A stretch of DNA of 64,000 nucleotides from Clostridia bacterium (GTDB lineage Bacteria > Bacillota > Clostridia > Christensenellales > UMGS416): positions 70,076-134,075 of the forward strand of contig JAFGUF010000012.1 in the NCBI GenBank assembly GCA_016938675.1, given 5' to 3'. Below, piece by piece: positions 31,772 through 41,700 of the stretch (positions within the stretch are counted from its first letter, which is position 1; each line of letters starts with the position of its first letter). A program made the position numbers and the translations under genes. The notes under the pieces were generated by a model. That model ran no database searches, was not told the origin of the DNA, and worked only from the letters and a program-made list of their open reading frames with translations.

Positions 31772-31818
31772 TAAAGTGCATCTCATTAGACTGTATCTAG
31801 TCTAAAAGGTGCACTTTA
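31772..31818 (-). terminator. Long stem-loop after AraC gene
   Basis: TAAAGTGCA..TTAGACT/AGTCTAA..TGCACTTTA. Confidence 0.55.
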
Positions 31819-31838
31819 TTAGTTGGCGGTTTTTTAAT

Positions 31839-32762
31839 TTAAAGTTTCTTCACCAGGAGATAGATATCAATGAAGTGCTTCCTTTCCGGGTGCTGTGACG
31901 GGTCATTTGCGTATACTTCGAACACGGGGTTATCCGCAGGCTGGTATCCGCTTTGCGGCAGCCACTGTCCGTATAGGTATTCCCAAGCCATACTGTGCTG
32001 TGCGGCCGCATCCTTATCGTCTATTTCGAAGTGGGCTATGGCGTACTCTCCTCCTGCTATTTCCAAAGAGCCTATTTCTTCATCCACTTTTGTTCCCGCT
32101 GGTACAGTTACGCAGATGCTGGTTTTCAGCTTGTCTTCCTCTGTTATGTTGGGATTGTCGTGGTATATGGCCAGAAGCTTAGTCTTTTCATCCAGCAGCC
32201 CTTTGGCGCCTGCCCATTGCATTATCCTAGCAATCATGCCCTTAAACTGCCTGCCCAACTCCTCATATGTGCCTATATGCCGCAGGTAGGCGGCCGTCAT
32301 CGGCTCAATAGGCTTTACTTCAATATTGCATTTCACGTCCATATAATCAAATCTCCGTTTCTTTGTTTTTATGCTTTGATTATATCCCGTTTTATTTTTT
32401 CCTTCTTTGCTAATCTTGCTGAATGCTTTTCTGTATTGTGTTGCGCTCATTAAATATTGCTTTTTGAATGCTCTGGCAAATGTAGCAGAGTCTGCAAAGC
32501 CGTAATCCAATGCAATATCCGTCACATCCTTTTGAGGCAGCATAATTAGCTCGCCAACTGCCCTCTCCAGCTTCAGCCTTGTAATATAACTATATAGCGT
32601 TTCTTTCATATAGCCAGAAAACATCCTATGAAAATGGTATTTTGAAAAGCCTGACACGCTGGATAGCTCATCCAATGTAAACGCGCCGCAGAGATTTTTT
32701 TCAATATAATCGCATACTATGTTTATGCGGTTTATGTATTCGGTGTTTTGGTTGCTTTTCAT
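31839..32762 (-). CDS. AraC family regulator with GyrI-like effector domain
   Basis: FSKYHFHRMF, DIALDYGF..ATFARAFKK, RHIG.Y, YHDNP, WLPQSGY. Confidence 0.9.
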   Translation of the reverse strand: MKSNQNTEYINRINIVCDYIEKNLCGAFTLDELSSVSGFSKYHFHRMFSGYMKETLYSYITRLKLERAVGELIMLPQKDVTDIALDYGFADSATFARAFKKQYLMSATQYRKAFSKISKEGKNKTGYNQSIKTKKRRFDYMDVKCNIEVKPIEPMTAAYLRHIGTYEELGRQFKGMIARIMQWAGAKGLLDEKTKLLAIYHDNPNITEEDKLKTSICVTVPAGTKVDEEIGSLEIAGGEYAIAHFEIDDKDAAAQHSMAWEYLYGQWLPQSGYQPADNPVFEVYANDPSQHPERKHFIDIYLLVKKL

Positions 32763-32885
32763 CTATCTCCCCTTTAATAGCCATATTTTGCTATCATAGC
32801 ATATTCTCATTGCGGAGTGCTTTGCAGATATTGCTATCACTATTTGTAAAAGGCATTAAAAAAGCTCCCTTAAGGAGCTAATTGG

Positions 32886-34355
32886 TTATCTTTTGATTTT
32901 CAGCTGCCAGTCTTCCGTGTCGCATTCGCCGTATTCATTGCTGCCGAATGAAACAACGCTGCCGTCAGATAGCAATATTGCGCTGTGGGCTCCTCCGGCT
33001 GCCGCCGCTATTACGTTGTCATATCCTGAAAGGTCGATTTCATCTCGTTTGTCGAAAACAACTGCCTCTGCGCTGCCGTCTGATAATAGTGCTATCAGCA
33101 TATTGCTGCCTGCGGATATGGCTATGGCGTCCTCCCAGTCAGGATTATTCTCAAGCGTCGTTATAACCTTTCCATTTGGCATGAGCGCCGCTATATAAGC
33201 CGTGTTCACGTCCGCCGCCGCAGCGCCCAGCTCGCTGACTAGCATGGATGGGTGAGTCGCGAATAGTATTCCTTCATCATTTATGCATACTGCCGCGTAT
33301 GCCCCCGCGCCAATATAGCGGATATTTTTAAGCGTTGCAAGGGAGTCGCCATCAGCAAAGCCCGTTGAGACCACAGTGCCGTTTTTCAGAAGGCCATATG
33401 TGTTGTATGCCCCGGCCGCTATTTTCACGACATTCTTCCAGCTCTCTACGTCGCACTGGCCTTCTTCGTTCCTGCCTGATGCAACTACTGTGCCGTCCTC
33501 TTTTAGCCCCACTGTGTGGTATGCCCCCGCGTCAACTGCCGTGATGCCGCTCCAGCCGCTTATGTCGCACTGTCCCTCGTCATTGAGCCCAGCTGCCAGC
33601 ACTGTGCCGTCTTCAGCTAATCCCACGGTGTGCTTTGCGCCCACTGCCAGCACGCCCTCCGGCAGGGCATTCCTCGCCACTGTCAGCTCGGATATCTTCT
33701 GCATTTCCTTTAGGTTCATGCCCTCTAATATCTTGTAGGCCTCATCTATATTCTTCGCGCCGGTCACCTCCAGCGCTATTTCGTCCGCTTTTTCTTTTGA
33801 GTCTTCGTATTTACCTAGGCTTATGTATACTTCCAGCGCGGCTGCCTTCTCGCCCGCATCGTATGAATCCCCCGCTATTCGGTATCTGGCCTCCTGCATC
33901 ACTAAATCAGAATCTTTATAGTCAGAAAGCATGGCATAGATTGCGTATGCCTCGTCGTAGCTGCCCTCATCCATCAGAACGCCAGCGTCAATATAGTCGC
34001 ACTCTAGTAGCAGCTCATCTGTCTCCATGAATCCGTCAAGGTCTTTCAGCCTGTACCTTGCTGCCTCCGTATCGCCCTCTTCCAATGCTTTAGCAGCGAT
34101 ATAATAGCTGCACAGCTGCTTTTCATCGCCTAGCTCTGCCTTTTCTGCCGCTTCGTATTTTTCTATCAGGCTTTCTGCCGCCTCGTATTTTTCATTCTCT
34201 ATCAGCCTGTCTATGCGCCCTAATGTCCTCTGCGGCCATGTATTGACCGCAAACACTGTCAGCGCAACCAGCGCAGCAAAAAGCACCGCCGATATAATAA
34301 GCGTTCTTCTCACAAATTTATTTTGTTTATCTTTAATCTGTTTTTCCATAATCAT
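32886..34355 (-). CDS. Membrane-anchored protein with TPR-like helical repeats and RCC1/BLIP-II beta-propeller
   Basis: N-terminal TM, repeats ending YKDS/YEDS, and RCC1 repeats GAxHTVGLxEDGTV.A.G.N.EGQCD. Start overlaps the upstream gene. Confidence 0.8.
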   Translation of the reverse strand: MIMEKQIKDKQNKFVRRTLIISAVLFAALVALTVFAVNTWPQRTLGRIDRLIENEKYEAAESLIEKYEAAEKAELGDEKQLCSYYIAAKALEEGDTEAARYRLKDLDGFMETDELLLECDYIDAGVLMDEGSYDEAYAIYAMLSDYKDSDLVMQEARYRIAGDSYDAGEKAAALEVYISLGKYEDSKEKADEIALEVTGAKNIDEAYKILEGMNLKEMQKISELTVARNALPEGVLAVGAKHTVGLAEDGTVLAAGLNDEGQCDISGWSGITAVDAGAYHTVGLKEDGTVVASGRNEEGQCDVESWKNVVKIAAGAYNTYGLLKNGTVVSTGFADGDSLATLKNIRYIGAGAYAAVCINDEGILFATHPSMLVSELGAAAADVNTAYIAALMPNGKVITTLENNPDWEDAIAISAGSNMLIALLSDGSAEAVVFDKRDEIDLSGYDNVIAAAAGGAHSAILLSDGSVVSFGSNEYGECDTEDWQLKIKR

Positions 34356-35697
34356 TATCCAAAGACCTGCCGAGGTAGGTGAGCATATATCCTGAGTTCA
34401 TGCTCGATGATGTCGATAGCATTACATAGATGTCGTCTATGCCGTAGTGTTCCAGATAGCTTCGCACGTCTCCCCCAGCCATATATACATTGAAGTATGC
34501 AGGACGCAAATCTACTACATGCACTTCATCATAATACGGGAATAAATACGGCGTAAAGGCGTTGCCGAATGAGTCGGTGATAACCAGACACTTGCGCCCG
34601 GTGTCCGCTCCAGTTTCGATTCTGCGCCATGGGCCGAGAGTGCCTGAAAGGTAGGCAAGGTAGCTTTTTAAGTTGTAGTACATATATGGCAGATCACCCG
34701 TGTCCTCCATATTAACCACCTGATAGCTCCCCAGCACAGGATAGAGCATATGCATCACTTCCAGCCTGTCCGTCCTGCTTCTTGCCGCTGGATTGTCCAA
34801 ATTGCCGTGCCCCACATAGCAGTCATATACAGTGTAGTCATAATCATCATATCCGATGCTCGGCAGATGCATGTCGCTGCGAATGCCCCTAAGCCCGTAG
34901 TATGCTCCCAATGCCGACCAGTGATAGTCCGTAGTATAATATAATAACTCCCTCTCCATAAGATAGGGCTCCAGTATCTCCGGTCCGTTATGTATGTATA
35001 CGCCCTCTACTGCGTGCTCTTGCATATAGTCCTCTGCGTTGCAGCCCCAGCCTGCGTATTTATTCGTGGTGTCTTCTATCAGCATATTGGCAAGGTAGCC
35101 GTAGGGTATCTGGAAAAAGTGCAACTGCCCGTCCTCCGGCAGAGCCTCCCTATATGCATTAAGTGAATCTATTGCTATCTGCAGGTTTTCCTCCGGATAA
35201 TCGTATACTATTCTCGTGCTGCCGTCTGCTAAGTCCAGCCAGAATGTATAGTCTCCCTGCGCAATCGCGTCAGTTCCTGTTTCTTCGCTTGTTTGCTCTG
35301 TTCCTGTGCCGGGTTTATCGATGCCTGCGCCCTCATCTTCAGGGTTTTTTATGTTTTCTTCCGCCGCTTCATCAATGAATTCATTTACCGCCTGCTCCAT
35401 GTCTACATTCAGCATCTCTTCTTCGCTTTTTATGTTGAATACGCCTTTAATATCGGATGATGCCCTAACCAGCTCTCCGCGCATGAAAAATCCGTCCGCA
35501 AGGTAGCTCTCAACACCCTGCATAAAGCTGCCGTCTATGACATTCTCAAAGCTGAATTCGGGCGCGCCTGCAAGGTTTCTGTTCTCGTCCTCGCTCATTC
35601 TTTCCTCTCTGGGCGCAAGCCAAAGAAGCATCCCCCCAAGAAATCCCATCAGGAGAACCCACCAAAGCGTTAATATAAATGAAAATTTATACTTCAT
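34333..35697 (-). CDS. DHHW-family (AlgJ/AlgX-like SGNH) acyltransferase
   Basis: SEDENRNLA..P, YL.D.F..R, YYTTDYHWS..GAY, ITDSFGN, VVDLR. Confidence 0.8.
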   Translation of the reverse strand: MKYKFSFILTLWWVLLMGFLGGMLLWLAPREERMSEDENRNLAGAPEFSFENVIDGSFMQGVESYLADGFFMRGELVRASSDIKGVFNIKSEEEMLNVDMEQAVNEFIDEAAEENIKNPEDEGAGIDKPGTGTEQTSEETGTDAIAQGDYTFWLDLADGSTRIVYDYPEENLQIAIDSLNAYREALPEDGQLHFFQIPYGYLANMLIEDTTNKYAGWGCNAEDYMQEHAVEGVYIHNGPEILEPYLMERELLYYTTDYHWSALGAYYGLRGIRSDMHLPSIGYDDYDYTVYDCYVGHGNLDNPAARSRTDRLEVMHMLYPVLGSYQVVNMEDTGDLPYMYYNLKSYLAYLSGTLGPWRRIETGADTGRKCLVITDSFGNAFTPYLFPYYDEVHVVDLRPAYFNVYMAGGDVRSYLEHYGIDDIYVMLSTSSSMNSGYMLTYLGRSLDNDYGKTD

Positions 35698-35706
35698 ATC
35701 AATCTC

Positions 35707-37131
35707 CTAGAACCTGAAGTAGATAAACGGATTGTAGCTCTCGCCGACTAAGAACATGATTGAAAGGATAAGCACCCCAGTAAGCAGCACAGTGCTTATG
35801 ATTATTCCTGCTCTTTTGAGCTGATCATTCTTATCTGTTATTTTATCCGCCAGCTTAGCAAGCGGAGTGGAAAGCGCCATAGCAACAACGGGAAAAACCG
35901 TATATGTCTTTAATACGTCCAGCGTTGCAGCGTCCATCATTCCGCTGCCTGCGCCCACCATCGCCTTCAGGTGGCCTATCATGTCCGCCGTGTTGGTGTG
36001 ATAGAATATCACCCAGCCGACTAGCACAATTACAAGCGTAGCAATATGCCGCAGCACTTTCGGCGTCTTTTCAATGGCCTTTGCCAGAATGAATTTCTCC
36101 ACCATCAGCAGCACGCCGTAGTATACGCCCCATAATACGAAGTTCCAGCTGGCGCCATGCCAAAGGCCTGTCAATGCCCATACGATCATAATATTGAGCG
36201 CAGTCCTTCTGCCGCCCTTCCTATTGCCGCCTAATGGAATATACACATATTTTCTGAAAAATCCCGACAGTGACATGTGCCACCTGCGCCAGAAATCCGT
36301 TATGGACGATGAAATGTAGGGGTAGTTGAAGTTTTCCTTGTATTTAAATCCTATAATTCTGCCCAGGCCAATAGCCATGTCAGAATATGCTGAGAAATCA
36401 AAATAAATCTGCAAAGCGTAGAATATCGCAAATACCCATGCACCCGCCAAAGACATATTATCAGACGGCAGAGAAAGCAATGCCTTGCCGCAGATATTTG
36501 CAATCAATACTTTCTTGCCGAGGCCTATTACGAACCTGCGCATTCCGGCGGAGAAGTCGTCCATTGATGTAGATCGTTTGGATATCTCCGCGGCCACATC
36601 GCCGTACTGCACAATAGGGCCTGCTATAAGCTGCGGGAAGCAGCTGACATACAAAAGCAGCCTTAACGGGTTTTTCTGGTAAGGGGCTTCCTCCCTGTAT
36701 ACATCAATTGTGTAGGTTAATATCTGGAATGTGTAGAATGATATCCCGATGGGCAGAACCAGAGCCGGCAGCTCAATTGGCAATGAGAATATCCCGGCAA
36801 AGGTATTTACAAAGAACGCCGCGTATTTGAAGTAAACCAAGCTTGCAAGCGATATCACAATTCCTAATGCCAGAACCGCCTGCTTGAGCCATTTTTTCTG
36901 CGTTTTTACTATGACAAGAGCGCTGATATAATTCACCAGAGTGGAAAAAAGCATGGCAAGTATCCACACAGGCTCTCCCCAGCCATAAAATAGAAGCGAA
37001 AAAACCAACAGCACGCCGTTTTTCCATATAATATTCATTCCGCTCTTTCTAAAGACTAAATCTCCAAAAAAATAGAGCGGTATAAAAGCCGTCACAAAAA
37101 GCAGCAAAAAAGTAAGACTGGAAAAAACCAT
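35707..37131 (-). CDS. MBOAT O-acyltransferase (AlgI/PatA/DltB-like)
   Basis: MVFSSLTFL, LPIGISFYTFQ, FPQLIAGPIV, FWRRWHMSL, GLWHGASW (catalytic His), YNPFIYFRF. Confidence 0.92.
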   Translation of the reverse strand: MVFSSLTFLLLFVTAFIPLYFFGDLVFRKSGMNIIWKNGVLLVFSLLFYGWGEPVWILAMLFSTLVNYISALVIVKTQKKWLKQAVLALGIVISLASLVYFKYAAFFVNTFAGIFSLPIELPALVLPIGISFYTFQILTYTIDVYREEAPYQKNPLRLLLYVSCFPQLIAGPIVQYGDVAAEISKRSTSMDDFSAGMRRFVIGLGKKVLIANICGKALLSLPSDNMSLAGAWVFAIFYALQIYFDFSAYSDMAIGLGRIIGFKYKENFNYPYISSSITDFWRRWHMSLSGFFRKYVYIPLGGNRKGGRRTALNIMIVWALTGLWHGASWNFVLWGVYYGVLLMVEKFILAKAIEKTPKVLRHIATLVIVLVGWVIFYHTNTADMIGHLKAMVGAGSGMMDAATLDVLKTYTVFPVVAMALSTPLAKLADKITDKNDQLKRAGIIISTVLLTGVLILSIMFLVGESYNPFIYFRF

Positions 37132-37433
37132 TTATCAAAATCCCTTAATATAATCTGGCAAAATATTCTCTAATTATACAATTGAGGACAGTATTAGTCA
37201 ATGAGATATAGGGGAAAGAAAACTTGCTTTTATTTATCGGGCTTTCTTGAGAACTGCTTGGTTTTGACGAGAGTAAGCTTTCGCATCACACGGCGCATTT
37301 CAAAATCAAACTCGCCAGTCATGCAAACTCAACATACGAAAAATCACACCCGTAAGTGTGATCCTTCGCCCTTTTATGCATTTTTACCTTTGCTTTTGTC
37401 ATTTACTGAGATAGTGAGGAGTTTTAAGCTGTG

Positions 37434-38027
37434 TCAGTCTTGAATGAACAGCGGAGTTACACTAAATTGCGTCTCCTGAACAATACCTGATGCAGCTCCG
37501 CTGCCCTCCTCAAATGTTACCACCATTTCCAGTAGGCAATAATCTTCTGCTTTGCTGCCCGCCGGAAGAACAATATCAGCGAACGAAACATCTTTTTGTC
37601 CGCCGGAGAAAGCGAGCAATTCATTTTCAGAAGCATTTGTAACGAAATTAACCGATTCGCTGCCTCTGTAGTGAGTGACAGTCCAGTTAAAAGATAGGTT
37701 ATTTGAAAGCTCTTCGTTGTCTGTTGTTATTTCTAGTCCATCCAGTTGTGCATCTACGCTGCCGTAGTTGACAATTTTGTATACCATAGTAACGGTGTCT
37801 CCGGGGGCTAGGTTGCTGATGGTTTCGTTGATGGTTGACGCGGCTCTATCCATACCGCTCGCATATTCACCACGGCTGTAGTTTATTTCCCTTTCCACTA
37901 TCTCTATATCCATTGAGCCTGATGAGGCATAGGCGTTTGTGTCCGGTCCTACGCGCCTGCCAAGTGCCACGTTCGTTAATAACATGGCCAGAATCAATGC
38001 TGCTGCGATAAATATAACCTTCTTCAT
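37434..38027 (-). CDS. Secreted TasA/CalY-like protein
   Basis: Signal peptide MKKVIFIAAALILAMLL, SGSMDI, and NLAPGD..YKIVNYGSVDA, a TasA-type motif. Confidence 0.55.
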   Translation of the reverse strand: MKKVIFIAAALILAMLLTNVALGRRVGPDTNAYASSGSMDIEIVEREINYSRGEYASGMDRAASTINETISNLAPGDTVTMVYKIVNYGSVDAQLDGLEITTDNEELSNNLSFNWTVTHYRGSESVNFVTNASENELLAFSGGQKDVSFADIVLPAGSKAEDYCLLEMVVTFEEGSGAASGIVQETQFSVTPLFIQD

Positions 38028-38710
38028 AGTAGTCACCTTAAATCTGAGTCCGCTTGTTTCCATACCCTTTTTAGGCCATAATAGAAAAGTTCCGCTGATG
38101 TATCCCACTTGTATATTTATATTGAGTGGACTCTTTAGTGTGTTGATAGAGTAACAGTAACTTAAGGTTAGTAATAATGTTTATATATTTGTTTACAATA
38201 TAATATTAAGCTTATAATAGTGTGTTTAAAATGGCGTTATTTATAAAATTAGTTAGCAATTTTTATGTGATAGTAATATGATATAAAAAAAGTATACCTT
38301 TTATATTAAAAATGTATGTATTTTGTAAATATACCTTAATATATGGAAAAAAGCGGCACTTTAATGGTGTAAAATTATCATCAGATATAATCGCCGAGCG
38401 AAACCGGTTACGGTGGATTAAAATAACACAATATCTGCTGCCTTTTCAAAAGAGGCAGATGATAACCGGATTAATGTATTTATTTAATATGGGAAGTATA
38501 AATGGTTATATATGGCATATATGTTCTAATATTATTCATACATTGTGAACCCGGCATTCATTTTTATTGATTATAATCATAAATCAAATGCCGCTAGCTT
38601 GTATGAAAATGGAATGTTTAAAACAGGGTGTAATATATTATATAATTTTTAATAAATGCTTAATGCTATCAGTTATAAGCTGATAACAATATTTTTAGAA
38701 AGAGGGTAGT

Positions 38711-41700
38711 ATGAAGTTAACTGCAAAGTTATTTACTGTATTTGCGATTTTTGCAGTTTTTATATTCCTGCTTATAACGCAGCAACTGATTCCCCGGCTT
38801 AAGGATCAATACCTTGACGAGCAGAAAAATGAGCATATGGAATCCCTGCAGAACAACGTTAAATTTCTAGAAAACTATGTTAGCGAAATATCATTTGACA
38901 TCAATTATATCAGCAACAGGGATATCATTTATCCGCCTGTGGAAAATTACTACACTTCTTATATAAATGCTGAAAGCAATGATTTTGTATACAGCCCAAA
39001 TACTGATGAAACCGCGCTTGTTGACTTTATCAGAAATTACAAGGAAGCAAACCATCATATTGAAGATATTTTTATTGGCTTTCCCGACGGAAGCTTTATT
39101 GCGGAAAACCCCTATGTATTGATTGGCGACGAAAAAAGCCGAATATTTAATTATGACCCCAGAATACGGCAATGGTATATAAAGGCTATGGAATCCCCGG
39201 GTGAAACAATAATTTCATCGCCTTATCACAGGATTCATATTCTGGAGGGCACTGAGTCATCTGACCCCATCAATTATTATTTAACTGTAGCACGAATGAT
39301 TCAAAGCCCGGACGGCACGCAGACAGCCGTAGTAGGCATCAACATATGCCTTGAAGACATTATGCATATGCTGATGTATTCATCCAACGGCGGCATCTAC
39401 TCCCTTGGCATGTTGTTTGATAACGGCAAATACTGCTTGATGGGAAGTGATGGGCTCAAAGTAGAAGATACAGAAGCAGCGCCTGAGTTCAGCGCAATAT
39501 TAATGTCATCCGACAATCACATACACTTTGACTCAGAGGAAATAGGAATAAATTTCTGTGTAACAAAGCAGGATATGTCCTATGTCGGCACCAAGCTTTT
39601 TTACCTGACTGACCTAAAAATTATTGAGGAAAATTCACAGGAATTTATACGCCCGATTATTATCGGAGTCAGCATAATAGCAGCATTTTTCGCTGCTGTC
39701 ATTATGATACTTTTGGAGTATTATATAGTTTACCCTTTGGGCAAGCTGGATAAGGTGACTTCACATATACGCGATACTATGGACCTATCGCAGAAAGTTG
39801 AATACACGAGCAAAGACGAGATAGGCATACTGGCAAACAATTTCAACTTCATGATGTCCGAGATAAAAGCATACAGGGACAATATGGATTTGATAGTAAA
39901 GGACCGCACAAGGGAGCTTGACATATTCAGCACAGTAATTACTCAGAGCACATCAGGAATTATAATGACAAATACTGATGGCGTAATTGAATACGCAAAT
40001 CCACGATTCTCGGAAATGACAGGCTACGAACCGGATGAAATAATCGGGAAAAAGCCTGACTTTATAGCAGTTGAAGGCCATAACAGGCAGTATTACAGCG
40101 AACTGATAAGCACAGTACTAGGCGGCAACGGATGGGAAGGCACATTCCTGAACAGGAAGAAAAACGGAGAAATATTCTATGACAAGAGCAGAATATTCCC
40201 AGTAAAAGATGAAAACGGAAAAATAATAAACCTGGTTGCAATTAAAAATGACATTACCCAGAGAATACTGACTGAAGAGCAGCTTAAAAACACCAGAGAA
40301 GACTATCAGATGATACTGGACTCTGTGGATGAGGGCATAATCGGGATAGAGAAATCAGGCAACATCAGCTTTGCCAATAGAAAGGCCTGCGAGCTGCTTA
40401 ATTGCACAAAGCATAAGCTTGTGGAGGAAAACATCAGCCGTTTATTCGTAAGAAACTACGATATTGTCGGCAGTGAGATATCCAATATCGAGCAGATTAT
40501 GGAGGACATTAAAAACTCCAAAGCTGTCTATATTGAGCGCGAAGTAATAAATAGAACCGAAGGAGAGCAGTTCGTTGCAGAGCTTAGCATAGCGCCTGTA
40601 ATCAGGAACAATGCTCATCTTGGCGCAGTTGTATTGATAAAAGACCTGACAGAGCGGCTTAAAATGGAAAGCAGCCTTGAGATACTCTTTGAAAATATGC
40701 CTAATGGATTTGCTGAGTATGAAATGGTATATGACACAAAAGGAAAGGCTGCAGACTATCGGTATCTTAAAATAAACAGCTCCTTCAAGGCCCAGACCGG
40801 ACTCGGAAATGATGTGATCGGCAAGTGTGCTGTTGAGGAAATGCCGGAAATTGAAAAGAACCGCAGCGAAATGTTCAAGGAGGTTGTCGGCACAAGGCTG
40901 CCTATAACATTCGAGGAATATTCCGCCGTACTTGAAAGGCATTTCAGAATAACAGTATTTCCAACTGGCAGAAGGACATTCGCGGCAATATTTGACGACA
41001 TTACGGAATCACGCCAAAGCGAAAAACTGATGGCCGAGAATGAAAGAAGGCTGCGCTTTATATTCGAAACAACGCCCTTTGGCATAGTGACAACTGTTAG
41101 GGGCATAATATATTACGCCAATCCGAACTTTGAAAGAATGACCGGCCTTAGTGTAAGGGATTCAGCATTTGAGGCATATTACGATACCAATGACCGGAAC
41201 GAGATGCTAGACAGGCTTAATAAAGGAATCCCCGTCCTGAACTACGAAGCCCGTTTCTTCAAGGCATCCGGCCAGATTGGCTACGCGCTGGTATCTATGG
41301 TAAAGACGGATATTGAAGGCGAAGAGGGCCTTTTGGCATGGCTGCTTGATATTACGGATATTAAAAAGTCAGAAGAGCAGCTGATAGTAGCCAAGGAGCA
41401 GGCGGAGGCGGCAACCAAAGCAAAGAGCGATTTCCTTGCAAATATGAGCCACGAGATAAGGACGCCTATGAACGCCGTTATAGGGCTTAATAAGCTATTG
41501 CAGGATACAGAGCTCAATACAAAGCAGGCAGATTACGTAGACAAGATAGACCGATCAGCAGTGCAGCTGATGAACATAATCAACGATATACTTGACTTTT
41601 CCAAGATAGAATCCGGCTGGATGGAGACTGAGAACATAAAGTTCCGCCTGGAGGAAGTCATAAAAGACCAGATAAGCATTGTATCGCTGCAGGCATATAA

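Noticed and set aside
23380-32762. Integron-like cassette array among the single genes
   Set aside because: Genes lie in mixed orientation, the intergenic hairpins share no attC-like consensus, and there is no integrase.
37250-37330. ZTP (pfl) riboswitch suggested by minus-strand ATGACTGGCGA
   Set aside because: No downstream CGCCUGGG pseudoknot hairpin, and the gene context does not fit.
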